Shown here piece by piece: positions 33,606-34,435 of a DNA stretch of 34,435 nt. The stretch comes from Macrostomum lignano (lineage: Eukaryota). Positions within the stretch are counted from its first letter, which is position 1. The number at the start of each line of letters is the position of its first letter. The stretch is from the NCBI GenBank assembly GCA_002269645.1, contig NIVC01004813.1, positions 1 through 34,435 on the forward strand, read 5' to 3'. The notes under the pieces were generated by a model, which was given only the letters and a program-made list of their open reading frames with translations, was not told the DNA's origin and did not search any database. Both the position numbers and the translations under genes were made by a program.

Positions 33606-34151
33606 TTCGAGCGCAGCCGCTGCCTGTACGAATGCTCGCCGAATCTCGGGCCCTGGCTGGTGAAAGTGTCCGGCTACAGCTGGCGCACAGAGCGAGCCTA
33701 CGGAGTGCCGCTGTGCCATTCCCAGTGCCAGGCCTGGTACGCCGCCTGCGCCGCCGATCTGAGCTGCGTGTCCCAACTGGAGCAGCGGCTTCCGCTGGAT
33801 CCGCCAGGCCAACGGCAGCGGCTACGTGAACGTGTGCCCGACGGCGCGGCCTGGCACAGTGCCGCAGTATTGCCCAGCTGCACAATCATAAGGCGGAACA
33901 ATTCTGCGAAACTGTCTGGGACGGCGCGAATTCAAAGTGGTGCCAGACGGGTCGCCCTGCTTCCAGCTGGACTGGTCCACGGCCACCGCAAGGCCAATCC
34001 GAACTTGGCTGTGACGCGGGCCGCCAGCCGGGAGAAGGTGGCCGCCTTCTATTATTCCCATGCGAGCGTTTTTGAAGACGGCCAGCTCTGTGCTGTTTGG
34101 CTGCGCTCTGCTTGTGCTGCGTCTCTGTTTTGTTGCTTTCCTAGTTTTTGA
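33606..34151 (+). pseudogene. Folate receptor family exon 2, frameshifted (pseudogene or consensus errors)
   Basis: FOLR-like motifs fall in different frames: FERSRCLYECSPNLGPW...WRTER...VPLC...W...C (frame of 33606); NWSSGFRW...NVCP (from 33775); QCRSI...FCETVWDGA (~33857-33928); FKVV...CFQLDW (from 33931); ANPN...VAAFY (from ~33993). A hydrophobic GPI-like tail lies in yet another frame. Confidence 0.75.
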
Positions 34152-34159
34152 AAATTGCT

Positions 34160-34435
34160 GTGATCCCCAATATCAAAGGAATCCCAATCATTAAGATCCC
34201 AAACATCAAAGAAATATTAAACTTAAACATTAAAATTCCAATATCAAAGGAATCTCAATCATTAAAATCCACAATATCAAAGAAATCCCAATCATTTATA
34301 TCCCAATATCAAAGAAATCCCAATCATTAAGATCCCCAATATTCAAGGGAATCCCAATCATTAAAATCCACAATATAAAAGAATCCAATCATTAAGATCC
34401 CCAATATCAAGGAATCCCAATCATTAAAATCCCAA
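34160..34435. repeat. Minisatellite, ~33-bp unit AATCCCAATCATTAAGATCCCCAATATCAAAGG, running off the window end
   Basis: Recurrent ATCCCAATCATTAA and CAATATCAAAGGA motifs. Confidence 0.9.

Overview
Eukaryotic (metazoan) genomic DNA, not prokaryotic. CpG-rich exons sit between AT-rich spacers and minisatellite-filled introns, a style suggestive of a Macrostomum-like flatworm (inference only; the species cannot be established from the window). Three host genes are present: an RSBN1/KDM9-like gene (minus strand, 2 coding exons, 3251-5008), a 5-exon heparan sulfate N-deacetylase/N-sulfotransferase (NDST; plus strand, ~23691-30014) and a folate-receptor/riboflavin-binding family gene (plus strand, 31786-~34150) whose second exon is broken by several frameshifts. 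RSBN1 and NDST diverge across an ~18.7-kb transposon graveyard. It holds a probable Helitron 3' end, two decayed foldback elements, two oppositely oriented Harbinger-type MITEs with separate 3-bp TSDs, an hAT-type MITE with a perfect 8-bp TSD, a TIR-to-TIR but decayed THAP/P-element, and a decayed Ty3/Gypsy pol. I found no clearly new biological system. The best leads are (i) an NDST reading frame with no in-frame ATG but an in-frame AG acceptor, which could take its start codon from a flatworm spliced leader, (ii) a different minisatellite filling each NDST and folate-receptor intron, (iii) a splice-phase mismatch plus frameshifts in the folate receptor gene, and (iv) an IRF/ETS-like fragment next to the P element. 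All repeat periods and alignments were done by eye.
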